From Candidatus Spongiisociaceae bacterium (lineage in GTDB: Bacteria > Actinomycetota > Acidimicrobiia > Spongiisociales > Spongiisociaceae), in the NCBI GenBank assembly GCA_965213975.1, contig OZ243930.1:2166390-2230389 (forward strand): a DNA stretch of 64,000 nucleotides, written 5' to 3'. Both the position numbers and the translations under genes were made by a program. Under the pieces are notes generated by a model, which did no database searches, was not told the DNA's origin, and was given only the letters and a program-made list of their open reading frames with translations. This document shows positions 27,761 to 37,239 of this stretch, one piece after another; within the stretch, counting starts at the first letter, position 1, and each line of letters begins with the position of its first letter.

Positions 27761-27915
27761 GGCCGGGATGCCTTCGTAGGGGCGTTCGTGGTGGGGATCG
27801 CGCTGGGCCTTCCGGAGCGGGATGCGGTGCGACTCGGCAACGCCTGCGCCGCGGACAGCGTCACTCGGCCGGGCACCCGGACCTCTTTCCCGAGTCCCGA
27901 CCGGGCTGGAGGTTC
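27761..27915 (+). pseudogene. Remnant of a PfkB-family carbohydrate kinase (C-terminal ~50 codons only)
   Basis: Immediately after the gntR stop, in the +1 frame, the sequence reads GRDAFVGAFVVGIALGLPERDAVRLGNACAADSVTRPGTRTSFP.... This matches the C-terminal PfkB signature GAGDAF.GAF...L..G.....A...A.A.AA.SV...GA. No upstream kinase body exists. Confidence 0.5.
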
Positions 27916-28737
27916 ATGACCGAAATCCTCTGATCGAGCGGGCGGACACGAGCGGAGGCTCCATCGAATTGTGCCGTTGGTCAAAGGTCCTTGGCCGCTC
28001 GTGCAAGGTCACGCCTCGCGATGATCCCGGCCCCGCCTGCTGAGATCATCAGGCCGATGCATATGGCGGCGAATACCGTCCACACTCCCAGTCGGGACGC
28101 CTACGTGGAGCCGCTAGACAGGGTGATGGCGAGCGCGGCCATCCATCGGACTTGGGTTAGTGGCTTGCCAGTTGGGACTCGGTTATTTCAGATGTCGTTG
28201 GCCTACTCAGTCAATGATGAGGGCACGTAGGCTGAAGTTGACCCGCTCTTAGGGTCGTTCTTCTGGTTCGTCGCCCACAGCAGGGTGCCTCTCGCTGACT
28301 GGCGTCCACAGCGTCGAACACTCCCTCATCTGTCGGCTACGGGACGTATTGATGCTCAGGATCAGAGTCGACTAAAGCCCCCAACCAACCCTTGCTTTCT
28401 CAGATGGTTCCTTCGGATCGGGAGCCACCCATCATGCGCGAGGGTAGGACTTTGGGTCGTGATCCGATCAAGCAGAAATCCTTAACAAGGGGGTTGTCTT
28501 TGCCTCAGGGTTGTTATACGGTGTCTGTTGCTAAGCACCGATTCTGGCTTGTTAAGGCAGTTGTGACCGATCGGAACAGCCGGACCTTTGGGAAAATCAA
28601 TTCTTGTAGAGCTAAGGCCCCAGCGTCTCCCGGCTTCAGCCCGGGCATGGCCAATCACGCTCCGAACCTGGTGGTGTGAGGCGGGGGTGGGGCCCAGCGA
28701 AGCTGGGCCAGCCGCGTCTTAGGTGCCAAAGACCCGG

Positions 28738-30147
28738 CTAGCCGCCCGACGGTGGGTCGCCTGGATCGGGTAGGCCCTGGGAAGCCGCCCATGCCCTGAC
28801 CAGCTCGAAGGCTTCTTCTTCGTCATATGGGCCTTCCTCGATCCTCTTCTCCAGGAGCACCCCGAGGGCCTCTCCTACCAGTGGGCCTGGGCCGATTCCC
28901 AGGTACGTCATCACCGCGAATCCGTCTATCGGCGGCCGAATGGCATCCAGTTCTTCGCGGGTACGGAGGTCCACGATCCTCTCCTCCAGCTCGTCAATCT
29001 GCCTTTGAATGCGCCGAGCCCGCCGGTCGTTGCGTGTGGTTACGTCGCAGCGAGCTAACTCGTTGAGCCGATCAAGAAGATGGCCCGCGTCTCGAACGTA
29101 GCGCCTTACCGCCGAGTCGGTCCATCCCATCTTGAACGTATGGGCGCGCATGTGGAGGAAGACCAGCTCAGACACGTCAGCCACCACCTGCTTCGGGTAC
29201 CGCAACTCCCTCAGCCGCCGACGGGTTAGGCGTGCACCGACCACCTCATGGTGATGGAATGTCACCTTCGAGCCATGAAACCGACGGGTCTCGGGTTTAC
29301 CAACATCGTGGAAAAGGGCGGCAAGCCTCAGCACCAGGTCTGGTGACGCCTTCTGCATCACCGCCAAGGAATGCGCGAGAACGTCCTTGTGCCGGTGCTG
29401 CGGATCGGCCGTCATAGCAAGGCTTGGCACCTCCGGAATGAACTCTTGTGCAAGGCCTGAGGAAATCATGGTCCGCAGGGCTAGCGACGCATGTTCTGCA
29501 ACGACAAGCTTCGATAGCTCGTCCCGAACCCGCTCCCGGCTGATAGTGCCCAAGCGTCCCTTCATCCGAGACACCGCCTCGAGCTCGGCAGGTTCAGCGG
29601 TGAAGCCGAGCTGCGCCATGAACCGAAACAGACGAAGCATCCGCAGCGGATCGTCGGAGAACGACAGGGCAGGCCCGGCTGGCGTTCGCAATATGCCTCT
29701 GGCTAGGTCAACCGCCCCGTTGAACGGATCGATAAAAGAAGGCGATGCACTCCCAAGGCACAGTCCCATGGCGTTGATCGTGAAGTCGCGTCGCTCCAGA
29801 TCCTCCTCGATCGACGCCCCGAACGTCACTCGTGGGTGACGGCTATCCTCCCGGTAGCTCTCCGCCCGAAACGTCGTGATCTCGCAAATCTTCCCGTCCT
29901 TGAGTATCCCTATCGTCCCGAAACGCTCCCCCATCGTGTAGATCTGATCGGCCCAGGTAGACAAGAGGCTCTTGGTCCGGTCAGGTAGCGCGTCGGTGGC
30001 AAAATCCAGATCAGGCGAAGCTCTATCCAAAAGAGCGTCCCTCACCGAACCCCCTACCAGATACAGCTGATAGCCCGCAGCCTCGAATCGGTCCGCTAGG
30101 TCACGGGCTATCCCTCGGCCAAGCCAAGCAAGTCGTGAGGGGACCAT
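28738..30147 (-). CDS. cca: CCA-adding tRNA nucleotidyltransferase (poly(A) polymerase head plus HD domain)
   Basis: The protein begins LYLVGGSVRDALLDRASPDLDFATDALPDR..., has an HD-domain histidine/aspartate pattern (...HDVGK...), and is 469 aa long. Confidence 0.9.
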   Translation of the reverse strand: MVPSRLAWLGRGIARDLADRFEAAGYQLYLVGGSVRDALLDRASPDLDFATDALPDRTKSLLSTWADQIYTMGERFGTIGILKDGKICEITTFRAESYREDSRHPRVTFGASIEEDLERRDFTINAMGLCLGSASPSFIDPFNGAVDLARGILRTPAGPALSFSDDPLRMLRLFRFMAQLGFTAEPAELEAVSRMKGRLGTISRERVRDELSKLVVAEHASLALRTMISSGLAQEFIPEVPSLAMTADPQHRHKDVLAHSLAVMQKASPDLVLRLAALFHDVGKPETRRFHGSKVTFHHHEVVGARLTRRRLRELRYPKQVVADVSELVFLHMRAHTFKMGWTDSAVRRYVRDAGHLLDRLNELARCDVTTRNDRRARRIQRQIDELEERIVDLRTREELDAIRPPIDGFAVMTYLGIGPGPLVGEALGVLLEKRIEEGPYDEEEAFELVRAWAASQGLPDPGDPPSGG

Positions 30148-30150
30148 GGG

Positions 30151-31173
30151 TCAGGCATCTCCTATCTTCCACACCTTGGCGGCCTCGGCCCGGACCTGTC
30201 GGAGAGTCGTGTACGCCCTCTCCGGCGACCTATACCGCCTAGCCTCGGCAGGTACCGGCTGTCCGGCAGCGCCGGCCAGCGTGGCTGTCACAGAATCCGT
30301 AATCGCCTTGAGGTCATAACCGCCTTCGAGAAAGTAGACGGTGCGACCGCTCGGCATCAGGTCCGACAGCGCCGAAGCCATATAGGCATAGTCCGAGGGG
30401 AGCAGTCGGAGGCTCGCCAGGGGATCGTCCGCGTGGGCGTCATACCCGGCACTGACCAGGAGCCAATCGGGACGAAACCCTTCGAGCACGGGGAGGATGA
30501 GCCCGTCGAACGCCTGCCGGTAGAGGTCCCCTGCCGCCCCCGCGGGCAGAGGAAGATTGAGGGTGGTGCGGTCGGCGGGGTCAGCGGTCATAGACGCCAT
30601 CGCCCCAGTTCCCGGATAAAACGGATACTGGTGCATAGATATATACAAAACCCCCGATTCCCGGCGAAACATCTCCTCGGTACCGTTACCGTGGTGAACG
30701 TCCCAGTCGACGATGGCGACCCTCTCCCCTCGCTCAAGCAACATCGCGGTGGTCACAGCAACGTTGTTGAACAAACAGAACCCCATCGCGGTCGCCGGAC
30801 GCGCATGATGTCCCGGGGGACGGACGACGGCGAATGCCAGATCAGCGATCCGGGCCTCCATCTGCCGTACAGCATGCGGACCTGCTCCGGCGGCTCGGGT
30901 CGCCGCCGCCCAGGAGGCCTCAACGGCCCCGGTGTCAGGATCTAGTTTCCCTCCCCCATCCCGACAGAAGCGCCGAATTCCATCAATGTACGCACCGGTA
31001 TGTACCCTGACCAGGCTCCTCCGTGACGCCTCGGGGGCGTCATCCTCCACCAGATCCACAGGCGCATTGTGGATACCCTCCAGGGCCGCGGCTAGGCGAG
31101 TGGGGCGTTCCGGGTGGCCGGATCCGGCATCGTGAGCCGCGAAAATGGGATGGGTGATGGCTAGGACTCGCAT
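30151..31173 (-). CDS. Histone deacetylase-family amidohydrolase (AcuC/acetoin-utilisation-type)
   Basis: The protein carries the HDAC motifs ...RPPGHHA... and ...DWDVHHGNGT..., plus ...GGYD.... Confidence 0.85.
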   Translation of the reverse strand: MRVLAITHPIFAAHDAGSGHPERPTRLAAALEGIHNAPVDLVEDDAPEASRRSLVRVHTGAYIDGIRRFCRDGGGKLDPDTGAVEASWAAATRAAGAGPHAVRQMEARIADLAFAVVRPPGHHARPATAMGFCLFNNVAVTTAMLLERGERVAIVDWDVHHGNGTEEMFRRESGVLYISMHQYPFYPGTGAMASMTADPADRTTLNLPLPAGAAGDLYRQAFDGLILPVLEGFRPDWLLVSAGYDAHADDPLASLRLLPSDYAYMASALSDLMPSGRTVYFLEGGYDLKAITDSVTATLAGAAGQPVPAEARRYRSPERAYTTLRQVRAEAAKVWKIGDA

Positions 31174-31344
31174 GCAGGCTCAGGCTACCCCGGCGCGACT
31201 GGCAATCGATAAGGCCGCTCAATTGGTAGATTTCGTGTGAGGCATGAGAGGCGGCAGCAATCGGAATGCGATTCCTTCCGACCCGGCCCGCGACGCAAGC
31301 TCCCTCAATTCCCCAAGTGCCAGCCTCTACAAACAAAGTGACGT

Positions 31345-32667
31345 ATGCCCCCTAAGCTTCCTTCCCGTTACCGCCTCGAGGTTCGGCTCGGCCGTGATGA
31401 GGACATCGAAGAGTGGTTCGCAACTGATGTTGAATTGGACCGACCCGTCCTCATCCGCCTATTGGGTCCGGAAAGCACCCCCAAACGACGGCAGTCCTTC
31501 CTTGGTGCCTATCGGCAGGCCTCGAGAGTCAACCATTCGCACGTAGCCGGTGTGTTCGCAGCCGACGCGGTTTCAGGCGCGGTCTACGCCATCACCGAAT
31601 GGGGTAGCGGCGCAACGTTGGCCGACCTTCTCAATGGGGGAGGGGTACCGACGCCAGAGGAGCTTCTCGATACGGCCACAAACCTAGCCGACGGATTGGC
31701 TGCGCTCCACGCCGAGGGCGTCATCCATGGAACAATCGACGCCACTGCCGTTCTCCATACTCACAGAAGGACCCCCAAGCTGGGTGGTTTCGGACGCCGC
31801 CCCCGGGCCAGGACCACGACCGAGGACGTGCGGGACTTGGCGACCACAATCGAGACCGCCCTCACCGGGCTACCAGCCGGTACGGTCGCCCCCTCCGAGT
31901 TGGCTCATTCGGTCACACCCGATGTTGACGAGGTACTGCGAATGGCCGCCGAGGGAAGTTTGGAAGCCCGGGAGATGGCCGACCTCCTTAGGGAACACCC
32001 TTGTCAGCCCCGCCCTCAGGGGGCTTTTCGGTGGACCTGGCGTCGCACGGCACCTATCGCCACATTGGCGGCGGCGGCGGTCTTGCTCCTCTGGATCGGC
32101 AATGCCATAACCGCTGGCCCCGAACCGACCCTGACCGTGCCTACCATTCCGCTCCCCACCCTGCCCCCGCAAGCGGTACGGGAGATCACCGATCCACCGC
32201 GAACTCCAGAGATCGGGGAACCCTCCCTTCCGGAGGGAGGCCCGGTCGCCCTAGCCGATGTATTCGACTTCGATCCGTTGGGAGACGGCGAAGAACATCC
32301 CGGTCGAGTGCGTTACCTGACCGACGGCGATCCCGACACCACATGGCGCACCGAGTATTACTACACCCCTCTACAAAGCCTCAAAGCGGGGGTCGGCGTA
32401 GCGTTTGAGGTTGAGGGATCACCATCCTTAGTCGAACTCACCGGCCTCTCTGAAGGTACAGCTTTCCGGGTGCTGTGGGCTGGCGAATCGCTTGGGGTGG
32501 ACGTTTCCGAATGGGAGATGATCACCGAGGAGCGGGCTGGCACCTCCACCATGCGGCTGCCTTTACCCGAAAAACCCGGCGGGTACTGGATTCTTTGGTT
32601 GATCGACCTGCCCGTAGACGCGGAGGGCTACCGATCGCATCTGGCCGAGGTGTCCTTCAGCTCTTGA
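31345..32667 (+). CDS. Membrane-anchored pseudokinase (degenerate Ser/Thr protein-kinase fold) with a C-terminal extracytoplasmic domain
   Basis: The N-terminus has a kinase-like layout (YRLEVRLGRD... ; ...LHAEGVIHGTIDATAVL...). It lacks the VAIK Lys, the HRDLKP catalytic loop and a DFG motif. A TM segment (IATLAAAAVLLLWIG) follows, then a Pro-rich linker and a ~150-aa C-terminal domain. Confidence 0.65.
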   Translation: MPPKLPSRYRLEVRLGRDEDIEEWFATDVELDRPVLIRLLGPESTPKRRQSFLGAYRQASRVNHSHVAGVFAADAVSGAVYAITEWGSGATLADLLNGGGVPTPEELLDTATNLADGLAALHAEGVIHGTIDATAVLHTHRRTPKLGGFGRRPRARTTTEDVRDLATTIETALTGLPAGTVAPSELAHSVTPDVDEVLRMAAEGSLEAREMADLLREHPCQPRPQGAFRWTWRRTAPIATLAAAAVLLLWIGNAITAGPEPTLTVPTIPLPTLPPQAVREITDPPRTPEIGEPSLPEGGPVALADVFDFDPLGDGEEHPGRVRYLTDGDPDTTWRTEYYYTPLQSLKAGVGVAFEVEGSPSLVELTGLSEGTAFRVLWAGESLGVDVSEWEMITEERAGTSTMRLPLPEKPGGYWILWLIDLPVDAEGYRSHLAEVSFSS

Positions 32668-32697
32668 GTGGCTCGGTCAGGTCGCTAACCTGTTGAT

Positions 32698-33003
32698 GTG
32701 AAGGAAAGCTATTCCGCACGCTTCGCCGACCTTCTTGTGGACATCGCGGCGAAGGTGCGGGCCATGACGGCGGATCGCGCTGAACGTGCCCTTGTGATTG
32801 TCTCGTTAGGGCTGTTACCCCTGTTGCTCCTGGGTGTGATGATGTTATTGCTGGGTATCGGCCTGTTTCGACTGCTAAGCGATCTAACTAACGTGACAAG
32901 TGCGTATGCAATCATCGGAGGCCTGCTTGTGGTAGTCGGATGGCTGCTGTGGAGAAAGAGTCGTCGTGTACCCGGTAACGAAGTCGCCGCGGCGGACCAG
33001 TGA
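32698..33003 (+). CDS. Small two-TM membrane protein (Holin-X/DUF1469-like topology)
   Basis: The 101-aa protein has two hydrophobic helices ([26 protein letters not shown] ; [14 protein letters not shown]). It is adjacent to trxB. Confidence 0.45.
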   Translation: MKESYSARFADLLVDIAAKVRAMTADRAERALVIVSLGLLPLLLLGVMMLLLGIGLFRLLSDLTNVTSAYAIIGGLLVVVGWLLWRKSRRVPGNEVAAADQ

Positions 33004-33936
33004 CCGAACCAACGACCGAGACCCTGGCAATCATCGGCTCCGGACCTGCTGGCCTCACTGCCGCTCTGTACGCAGCCCGGGCTGACCTCTCTCCGATTGT
33101 CTTTGAAGGCGTACCGGCTGGCGGCCAGCTGATGATCACCACCGACGTAGAGAACTACCCCGGTTTCCCTGAGGGCGTGCTCGGACCCGAGCTCATGGCC
33201 AAGTTCCGCGATCAAGCCGTCCGTTTCGGGGCCCGGCCGGTCGCTGAGGACGTTACTTCGGTGGATTTCTCGGTATACCCGTTCGAAGCTCTCAGTAGGT
33301 TCGGACCTCTATGCGGCGAAGGCTGTGGTGATCGCCACCGGAGCAAGCGCCCGTTTTCTGGGAATTCCCGGAGAGGCGACCCTAATCGGTCGAGGTGTCT
33401 CCGCTTGCGCTACCTGTGACGGGTTCTTCTTCCGCGACAAGCAGCTTCTGGTAGTCGGTGGTGGCGACTCCGCAATGGAGGAGGCCCTCTTCCTAACCAA
33501 GTTTGCTGCCAGCGTCACCATAGTGCATCGACGGAATCGGTTTCGTGCCTCCCGCATAATGGCCGATCGGGCGCTCTCTCATCCCAAGATCGACGTCTTA
33601 TGGAACACGACCGTGGATAAGATCCTCGGCGATGACCAAGTCCGGGGCGTGATCTTGTCCGAGGTCGGTGGCAGCCATCGGGAGCACCGGACGGACGGTG
33701 TGTTCATCGCCATCGGCCACACACCCAACACGCAGATCTTCCGAAACCAAATCCGGCTTGACCCTGAAGGCTACATATCATTGGCCGGACCGACGACCAT
33801 GACCGATGTCGAAGGGGTGTTCGCTGCCGGAGATGTCGCCGATCGCGTCTATCGTCAGGCGGTAACAGCCGCGGGTGCCGGATGCGCAGCTGCTATCGAT
33901 GCCGAACGATGGCTCGAAGCGAAGCATGAGGGGTAG
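33000..33936 (+). CDS. trxB: Thioredoxin reductase, interrupted by a +1 frameshift near 33285
   Basis: The N-terminal half ([23 protein letters not shown]...) sits in one frame up to ~33285. The C-terminal half (...[20 protein letters not shown]...CATCDGFFF...[10 protein letters not shown]...) sits in another frame from ~33283. Together they form a complete TrxB, including the CATC redox site. Confidence 0.8.
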
Positions 33937-34038
33937 CTGACTGACCACGTAGAACGGCGTATATCGCTAGTCTACGTTTGGCGAATACCCGTACTTGCAG
34001 TATAGAATTAACACGAGTTGCTTGAGGAGGACTCAATC

Positions 34039-34359
34039 ATGAGCGAGGTTATAACCCTGACCGACGCCGACTTTTCGGAGCGGGTTGACGCGTCACATCC
34101 GGTGTTGGTCGACTTCTGGGCCGAATGGTGCGGTCCTTGTCGCCTAGTGGCACCCATCCTTACCGAGATCGCAGCCGAACACAGTGACCGTATTACTATC
34201 GCCAAGCTCAACATCGACGAGAACCCCCAAGCCCCCTTTGCTCATCAGGTCATGAGCATCCCCACCATGATCGTGTTCCAGAACGGCGTGGAGAAGAAAC
34301 GGATAGTGGGCGCTCGTCCCAAGGCCGCCATTCTCTCAGAACTGAGCGAATGGATTTAA
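34039..34359 (+). CDS. trxA: Thioredoxin
   Basis: The protein reads MSEVITLTDADF...VLVDFWAEWCGPCRLVAPIL.... It carries the WCGPC active site, is 107 aa long, and has a GAGGAGG SD. Confidence 0.95.
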   Translation: MSEVITLTDADFSERVDASHPVLVDFWAEWCGPCRLVAPILTEIAAEHSDRITIAKLNIDENPQAPFAHQVMSIPTMIVFQNGVEKKRIVGARPKAAILSELSEWI

Positions 34360-34524
34360 AGGGTCACCGTTTTCGGTAGCCAATGGCCAGTTGGAGCCTT
34401 GAATTGTCTCGGATGGGGTGTGGCCGCGCTGTCAGCTGCCAGAAGACAGTAGGGAACATCTGCCCAGGCTTTGGGGGCTGCGCGCGCTCCAGTATCTGCG
34501 CTTCCGCACGCCAAGGTGGTTTGG

Positions 34525-35397
34525 TTACTGCTCCTCAACAAAAAAGCGGCGGTAGATCGTCTCCAGTTGGTCGAGTCCACTGAATCGCAGAATCAAGTGG
34601 CCGTCAGCCGATCCTTTCTTCCGTTCTTTGTACTTAATCTCAACGCTGGTGCCTAACTGTTCGGCCAGCCGCCTCTCCAGTTCCACGATCACCGCCGGGC
34701 GTGGGCTCTTGGGCTTCTTCGGTTTCGAGCCTTGCCGGATTCTGCCCCCGAGCCTTACCGCCTCTTCGAGACGGCGCACGGTCCATTCTTCCGCAACTGT
34801 TCTGGCCGCGAGGTGGTTGGCCAAGGACTCGTCCTCCACTGCTAGTAAGGCTCGGCCGTGTCCGGCCGTCAATTTCCCGGCTGATACCAAGTCAGCCACC
34901 TCAGTTGGCAGCTTCAGAAGCCGCAGGCTGTTGGTCACCGCCACCCGACTCCGGCCCATCGTCTGACCGATCTCGGCGTGAGTCATACCAAACTCCTGCT
35001 CAAGTCTAAGAAACGCCGAGGCCTCCTCTATCGGATTCAAATCCTGTCGGATCAAATTCTCTACGAGGGCTTCGACCAGGGCACCTCGGTCGTCCGTCTC
35101 CCTGATCAGAGCTGGGATCAAACTCAAGCCTGCCTTCTGGGCAGCCCGCCAACGGCGTTCTCCCGCCACTAGGACGAATCCTTGGCCCTTGCGCCGGACG
35201 AGGATCGGCTGCAGTACACCCATGTCTCGGACCGAGTCGGCAAGATGCTCAAAGGATTCCTCGTCGACACGAATCCGCGGTTGGCTGGGGTTCGCGCTGA
35301 CCCGATCCACGGGTATCTCTTGTAACACTGCTTTCTGACCCGGCGGTATGAGTGCCTCCAGGCCCTTACCGAGTCCTGAACGGTGGCCACTCTTCAC
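34525..35397 (-). CDS. parB: Chromosome partitioning protein ParB (Spo0J)
   Basis: The protein has the ParB N-terminal box (...LQPILVRRKG..FVLVAGERRWRAAQKAGL...) and an HTH, and is 290 aa long. Confidence 0.9.
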   Translation of the reverse strand: MKSGHRSGLGKGLEALIPPGQKAVLQEIPVDRVSANPSQPRIRVDEESFEHLADSVRDMGVLQPILVRRKGQGFVLVAGERRWRAAQKAGLSLIPALIRETDDRGALVEALVENLIRQDLNPIEEASAFLRLEQEFGMTHAEIGQTMGRSRVAVTNSLRLLKLPTEVADLVSAGKLTAGHGRALLAVEDESLANHLAARTVAEEWTVRRLEEAVRLGGRIRQGSKPKKPKSPRPAVIVELERRLAEQLGTSVEIKYKERKKGSADGHLILRFSGLDQLETIYRRFFVEEQ

Positions 35398-36182
35398 TCG
35401 TGTTCCTCCTTGTCCTGCCTATTCCATCGAGCGATAACCTCGGCCGCGAGGGCCCGATAAGCTATGGCACCCCGACTCATCCGGTCGTAAACCTCGATCG
35501 GCTCCGCATAAGAGGGTGCTTCGGCCAATCGTACCGACCGAGGAATCACCGTCGTGAAGACCAACTCCCCAAATCGCTCCCTTACCGCCGCTACCACATC
35601 CCCGCTCAGCCGGGTTCGTCCGTCATGCAACGTGAGCAGAAGCCCCCCGATCCTCAACTGCGGATTCAGGCTCCCCTGGACCAACGCCACGCTATCCAGC
35701 AGTCGGCTCAAACCTTCCAGAGCGTAATACTCGCATTGAACCGGTATGAGAACGCTCCCTGAACACACCAGAGCGTTTATGGTCAACAGTCCGAGGCTCG
35801 GACCGCAGTCAATCAAGACAAAGTCGTAGCGTTCGCGGGTTGAGGCTAGGACATCCCTCAGACGCCCTTCCCGGTCAGGGGCATTGACCATTTCGACCTC
35901 TGCCCCGGCAAGGTCAATGTTGGAGGGAGCCAAGGCCAAGTTTTCCGCGGTCGTAGCTACTTGAATCTCCTCGATCGAGGCATTTCCCGACAAGGCGGCG
36001 TAAATTGACCGGTCGGCTGATACCCGCGCATGACCAAGACCCGAGGTGGCGTTCGCCTGTGGGTCAAGATCGACCAAGAGAACCTGTCGACCCGAACCCG
36101 CCAGGGCCGCCCCGAGGTTGACCGCCGTCGTCGTCTTAGCTACTCCCCCCTTTTGGCTGGCTATGGCGACCACACGGCCCAT
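35394..36182 (-). CDS. parA: Chromosome partitioning ATPase ParA (Soj)
   Basis: The protein begins VVAIASQKGGVAKTTTAVNLGAALA, a deviant Walker A motif. Its stop overlaps the parB start (ATGA). Confidence 0.9.
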   Translation of the reverse strand: MGRVVAIASQKGGVAKTTTAVNLGAALAGSGRQVLLVDLDPQANATSGLGHARVSADRSIYAALSGNASIEEIQVATTAENLALAPSNIDLAGAEVEMVNAPDREGRLRDVLASTRERYDFVLIDCGPSLGLLTINALVCSGSVLIPVQCEYYALEGLSRLLDSVALVQGSLNPQLRIGGLLLTLHDGRTRLSGDVVAAVRERFGELVFTTVIPRSVRLAEAPSYAEPIEVYDRMSRGAIAYRALAAEVIARWNRQDKEEHE

Positions 36183-36244
36183 TGTGCTATTCGGACCTTT
36201 CCGGTCGATGCCCGTCCTTGCAGGCAGCCTCCAGGAGGGGTCTG

Positions 36245-36272
36245 GGTCTATGTTTCACGTGAAACATAGACC
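36245..36272. promoter_or_regulatory. parS: parS centromere site (perfect consensus)
   Basis: The sequence GGTCTATGTTTCACGTGAAACATAGACC is a perfect 28-bp palindrome. It contains the canonical parS tGTTTCACGTGAAACa, 63 bp upstream of parA. Confidence 0.85.
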
Positions 36273-36332
36273 TGAGAAAGAAGGCGCTCGTCGCCTGCTC
36301 CCCTACCGGAGACCCTTTGCTATCTCCGCCCC

Positions 36333-37235
36333 TTACTCTAGAGAGAGGACTACGGATCGCCTCGGCTCAGACCCTTCGGAGTAGGACTTGATCCCATCTA
36401 TCGCAGCCGCCGCGTCGTGTACGACCTTCCGGTCGGAGGGGTTCATCGGCTCGAGCATGATCTCGCCGCCCTCGTCACTAAGCTGCTCCGCCAACTCACC
36501 AACGTAAATCGCCAACGCTTCCCTTCGACGTGCCCCATAACCGGCGACGTCCAGCCTCAACCTCGCTCCTCGCGCCGTCTTGCGCTGCACGATGGTCTTG
36601 GTGAGCTCGTGAACTGCCTGCATAACTGACGCCTTTGGCCCTATAAGGGCCTCGGTTTGTTCACCTGAGACGTCTACCTCGACATAACGGCCGTCGAACT
36701 TGCTCTCGACTGTGCCCTCGAGCCCGAACTCCGTTAAGAGTCCAGCGAGAAAGTCTTCTACAACTTCCGCCTGTCGCTTGCCCAATGTCTCACTATTATT
36801 TTCGGCATCGGACACGACTGAACCCTTTCCTTGCGGTTTATTGTTGCCCTTTTTCCCTTTTTTCTTGCCTGACTTCGAACGGCGTCCCTTTTCGGACGCT
36901 GTCTGGTCACTCTGACGCGTTGGGCGCTTTCCTCTCTCCTTTGAGGACTCGGCCGACTTCGGCGACCTCTGCTGCCTGGTCTGTTGGGAGCCGCTCTTCG
37001 TTGCGCCCCGCTTCCGCGGACGGCGTCGGCGACGCTTCTTGCCACCCGTCTTCGGCTTCACAATCACCATCGCGTCTCGGCGACCGAGGCCCAAGAAGCC
37101 GGGTTTCGGCTCTCGAACAACCTTGACGTCGGCCGCGTCGGGATCGCTTATCCCCAACTCTTCAAGCCCAGCCTCAACAGCTAAGGATACGGATGCCCCT
37201 TCGACTTCTACCCACTCTGCCATTTGGTTACCCAT
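36333..37235 (-). CDS. jag: Jag/KhpB-like RNA-binding protein (Jag_N, KH and R3H domains) with a long basic low-complexity linker
   Basis: The Jag_N domain begins MAEWVEVEGASVSLAVEAGLEELGI. A Lys/Arg-rich disordered region follows, and the C-terminal KH/R3H reads ...VVHDAAAAIDGIKSYSEGSEPRRSVVL. The N-terminus carries MGNQMGNQM from a 12-nt tandem repeat. The ORF extends to 37370, but a start at 37235 or 37223 fits the yidC stop. Confidence 0.8.
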   Translation of the reverse strand: MGNQMAEWVEVEGASVSLAVEAGLEELGISDPDAADVKVVREPKPGFLGLGRRDAMVIVKPKTGGKKRRRRRPRKRGATKSGSQQTRQQRSPKSAESSKERGKRPTRQSDQTASEKGRRSKSGKKKGKKGNNKPQGKGSVVSDAENNSETLGKRQAEVVEDFLAGLLTEFGLEGTVESKFDGRYVEVDVSGEQTEALIGPKASVMQAVHELTKTIVQRKTARGARLRLDVAGYGARRREALAIYVGELAEQLSDEGGEIMLEPMNPSDRKVVHDAAAAIDGIKSYSEGSEPRRSVVLSLE

Positions 37236-37239
37236 TTGG

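Noticed and set aside
28285-28737. RNase P RNA, tmRNA or 6S RNA in the gene-free stretch before cca
   Set aside because: Weak resemblance to RNase P CR-V (CCAAAGACCCGGCT) occurs on the plus strand, while a CR-I-like AAAGGTCCGGCTG occurs only on the minus strand. The strands are inconsistent. There is no tmRNA T-arm/ACCA end and no convincing P4. The region is left as unexplained (see finding).
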